From an uncultured Acidobacteriota bacterium (GTDB lineage Bacteria; Acidobacteriota; UBA6911): DNA of 64,000 nt. A program made the position numbers and the translations under genes. The DNA lies in assembly GCA_963809485.1 (NCBI GenBank), contig CAWEJX010000004.1, forward strand, positions 224,001 through 288,000, written 5' to 3'. The notes beneath the pieces were generated by a model that saw only the letters and a list, made by a program, of their open reading frames with translations, was not told the origin of the DNA and searched no databases. Shown one piece after another: positions 61,595 to 64,000 of this stretch (position 1 is the first letter of the stretch; the number at the start of each line of letters is the position of its first letter).

Positions 61595-63972
61595 TTATGC
61601 CTTCCCGAGGGCTTTGAGAACTCTATCGGGCGTGGCCGGCGACTCGACCCATTTGCCGATGGCATTGTGGATGGCCATGATAACTAGATGGGTGTTCGCC
61701 AGGGAGTGGCTGATGCCGTTGGATCCGTAGCAGGCGTTGCCGGCGCGCGTTTCCAGAAGTTCCAGGTCCACCCGTGGCATGTCCAGCATGCCGACCTTTT
61801 TGTACTCAAACATATTCGTGCTGAGTTTCACTCCGGTCTTCTGGTCGTAGATAAATTCCTCCTGGAGCTGGCATCCGGCGCTGAAATCCATCACCTGGTC
61901 GATCTGACCTTCCAGCGATGTGCGGCGCATGATCTTGCCCGGATCGGCAACTACGCCGAAACGGAGGATTTCCACCTCGCCGGTTTCGGTGTCGACGGCG
62001 ACCTCGCATGTAGCCACGTTCATGGTGTCCAGCTTTTTGCCCCGCTGGCCCCAGAGGGCATCCGGGGGCTTGCCGGAGTATGTCGCGAACAGATTCGCCC
62101 GGACGGCCTGCTGCAAGCGGAACGCCTATGCCGGGATCAGCCTTCACAACGACTTTTCCGCCCTGCAGGTCCAGATCTTCAGGCTTCCGGCCTTTCAAGG
62201 GGCTAGGAGTCGGCCTTTTTTGCCGAGGCCGCCCATCGAATCCGCCGGCGAGCAGGAGGATTGTTGGCCTCCTCGACCGCTGCTTCCAGGATCAGCTTCT
62301 TCAGCTTATTCGCGCACTCTTTCAGAGCCCAGGAGGATGCAGTTGTCCCGTCGCTGCCGCCTCCCTAGGGCCTGTAGATTTCATGGTGGTCAAGACCTGT
62401 GACGATATCCTTGTACTCGAGGCCCAGTTCTTCGGCCACGACCATTGCGTTGGCTTCCATGATGTAGTTGCCGATCACGGGCCCTCTGGAATCAGGCGTA
62501 CACCTTGCCATTCCTGAGCTCAAGTTTCGGTGGAATACCGTGCCGGAATGACGCGGGCACTGATTGTACCGGAAACTCGCCCCGTGCAGCCTGCCGTCGG
62601 GAAGCTTTTTTCTCCCCTGCTTTGTGCCACTGCCAGTTCATCATCTTCTTCGCCGGCCGCGACGCACGCTTCATAGCTGGGCACGGGATTGGGATCGGTC
62701 TGGGATTCCGGCCCGTGGAGGTTCAGCGTCGCGATGTCAATCGGGTCCTTCCCCAGTTTGTCGGCGATCATGTATAGGGCTACCATCAGCGAATCCCAGC
62801 TCATCGGGTTGTGCTGGCCGCTGAGCCACATCTTTCCGCGGTTGCTGTCGACGACGTCCATGTTCTGCTTGACGTTCTGGCACCGGGTAGTGAAATAGGG
62901 GCCGAAGGTCTGGTCCATGGTGTTGCCGAAGTTGGTGCTTCCGCGGGCCCCGCCGTCTGCAATTGAAAAATCGTCGATCGCCGTGATCAGGCCGTTCGCC
63001 TTGAAGCCTACCTTCAGATGCACATAGCGCTGGTTCAGGTTGAAGTCGTACGTGTCGTAGCGGTCATTGACGCATCGGACCGGCCTGCCGGTCCTTTTGG
63101 CCAGCAGCGGCGTGATCAGCTGGGATTTGCGGGTGCCCCAGTCGCAGTACCTGCCGCCTACGAGCATGCACTCCTGAAAGACCTTTTCCGCAGGCATGCG
63201 ATACATGCCCGACCACCTGGTCATGTCCCCAGGGGTTGCCTTCAATCCTCAGGTTCTTTCCCTCCCCATGATAGGCGTCTGTCGAACCACCAGGCGACGC
63301 AGCCCACAGGGTTGGGGATATGACCGAAAAGGCGGCCGTGTTCACATCAAATTCGATGATATGGTCGGCTTCCCTGAAACCGGCCTCGATATCGCCATCG
63401 CTGACGTTGGAATAGGAAACATTTCCTTTTTTGGGAGGATTATTGCCTCCTCCCATGCCAAATCCTCCCCCACCGCCCCTTCGCCCGGGAACGTCGTCGC
63501 GAATGACCGGCGCATCGGGCTTTCTGCCTTCGATCAGGTCCACAACATGGGGCAGCACTTCCCATTTGACGTCGAGTTGCCGCAAGGCTTCTTCGCAGAT
63601 ATCTTCGCTTTCGGCCACGACGATAACGGCTACCTCGGTCCCTTCCTGGTCCGCGATGTTGTCAAGAAAAGGCTGGGCAGGTCCCATGAATCCGCCGCCG
63701 GCACTCAGGTTCTTGATGTCCTCATCCTCCCAGGTGAGGATATCGACGACTCCGGGTATTGCCCTGGCTTTCGTGGTATCCACGCTGACGACTTTTGCAT
63801 TCGCGTAGGGGCTCTTCAGAAATTTTGCGTGGAGCATATCGGGAACGGCATAATCGACGCCGTATTTTGCAATGCCCGTGGCTATGGCGTGGGACAGCCT
63901 GCCGGGGAGGTTGGGCTTGCCGACGACGCTGAAATTCTCCCTTTGTCCGTTAATTCCAACAAGATCAGCCAT
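61595..63972 (-). CDS. Xanthine dehydrogenase-family Mo-binding subunit, paralog of 15536, with several frameshifts
   Basis: MLHAKFLKSPY, RYCDW..RKSQLITPLLAKRTG, EVAVDTETG, NACYGSNGISH, TPDRVLKALGKA. Confidence 0.85.
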
Positions 63973-64000
63973 AATATGCTCCTGGTCAGAGAATGCCGGA

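Overview
Bacterial genomic window of moderately high GC. The gene content (Hanks kinase-TPR protein, PQQ-like beta-propellers, a large secreted repeat protein, many anaerobic redox enzymes) suggests Acidobacteriota, but this is an inference. Most genes are dispersed metabolic genes: a glycyl-radical enzyme plus activase, two stand-alone xanthine-dehydrogenase-family Mo subunits, an old yellow enzyme, a UroD/MtaA-like protein, tryptophanase, MetRS, amidohydrolases and methyltransferases. Several long genes are broken by single-base indels, probably long-read assembly errors. The main highlight is a ~7-kb locus (45451-52383) that looks like an unusual bacterial ubiquitination-like system. It encodes a membrane-anchored coiled-coil JAB-peptidase/E2-like fusion, a 64-aa candidate ubiquitin-like protein, a second soluble JAB/E2-like paralog, a Cys-containing E2, a ThiF-type E1 and a coupled membrane-anchored protein. 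A TPR/Fis-HTH regulator is transcribed divergently, with two copies of a palindromic operator between them. Other highlights are two split ORF pairs that are probably exported selenoproteins (in-frame UGA plus SECIS-like hairpin), and a dispersed TCAGCG intergenic repeat family consistently linked to IS200/IS605-like end hairpins. No rRNA, tRNA or CRISPR array was recognised.
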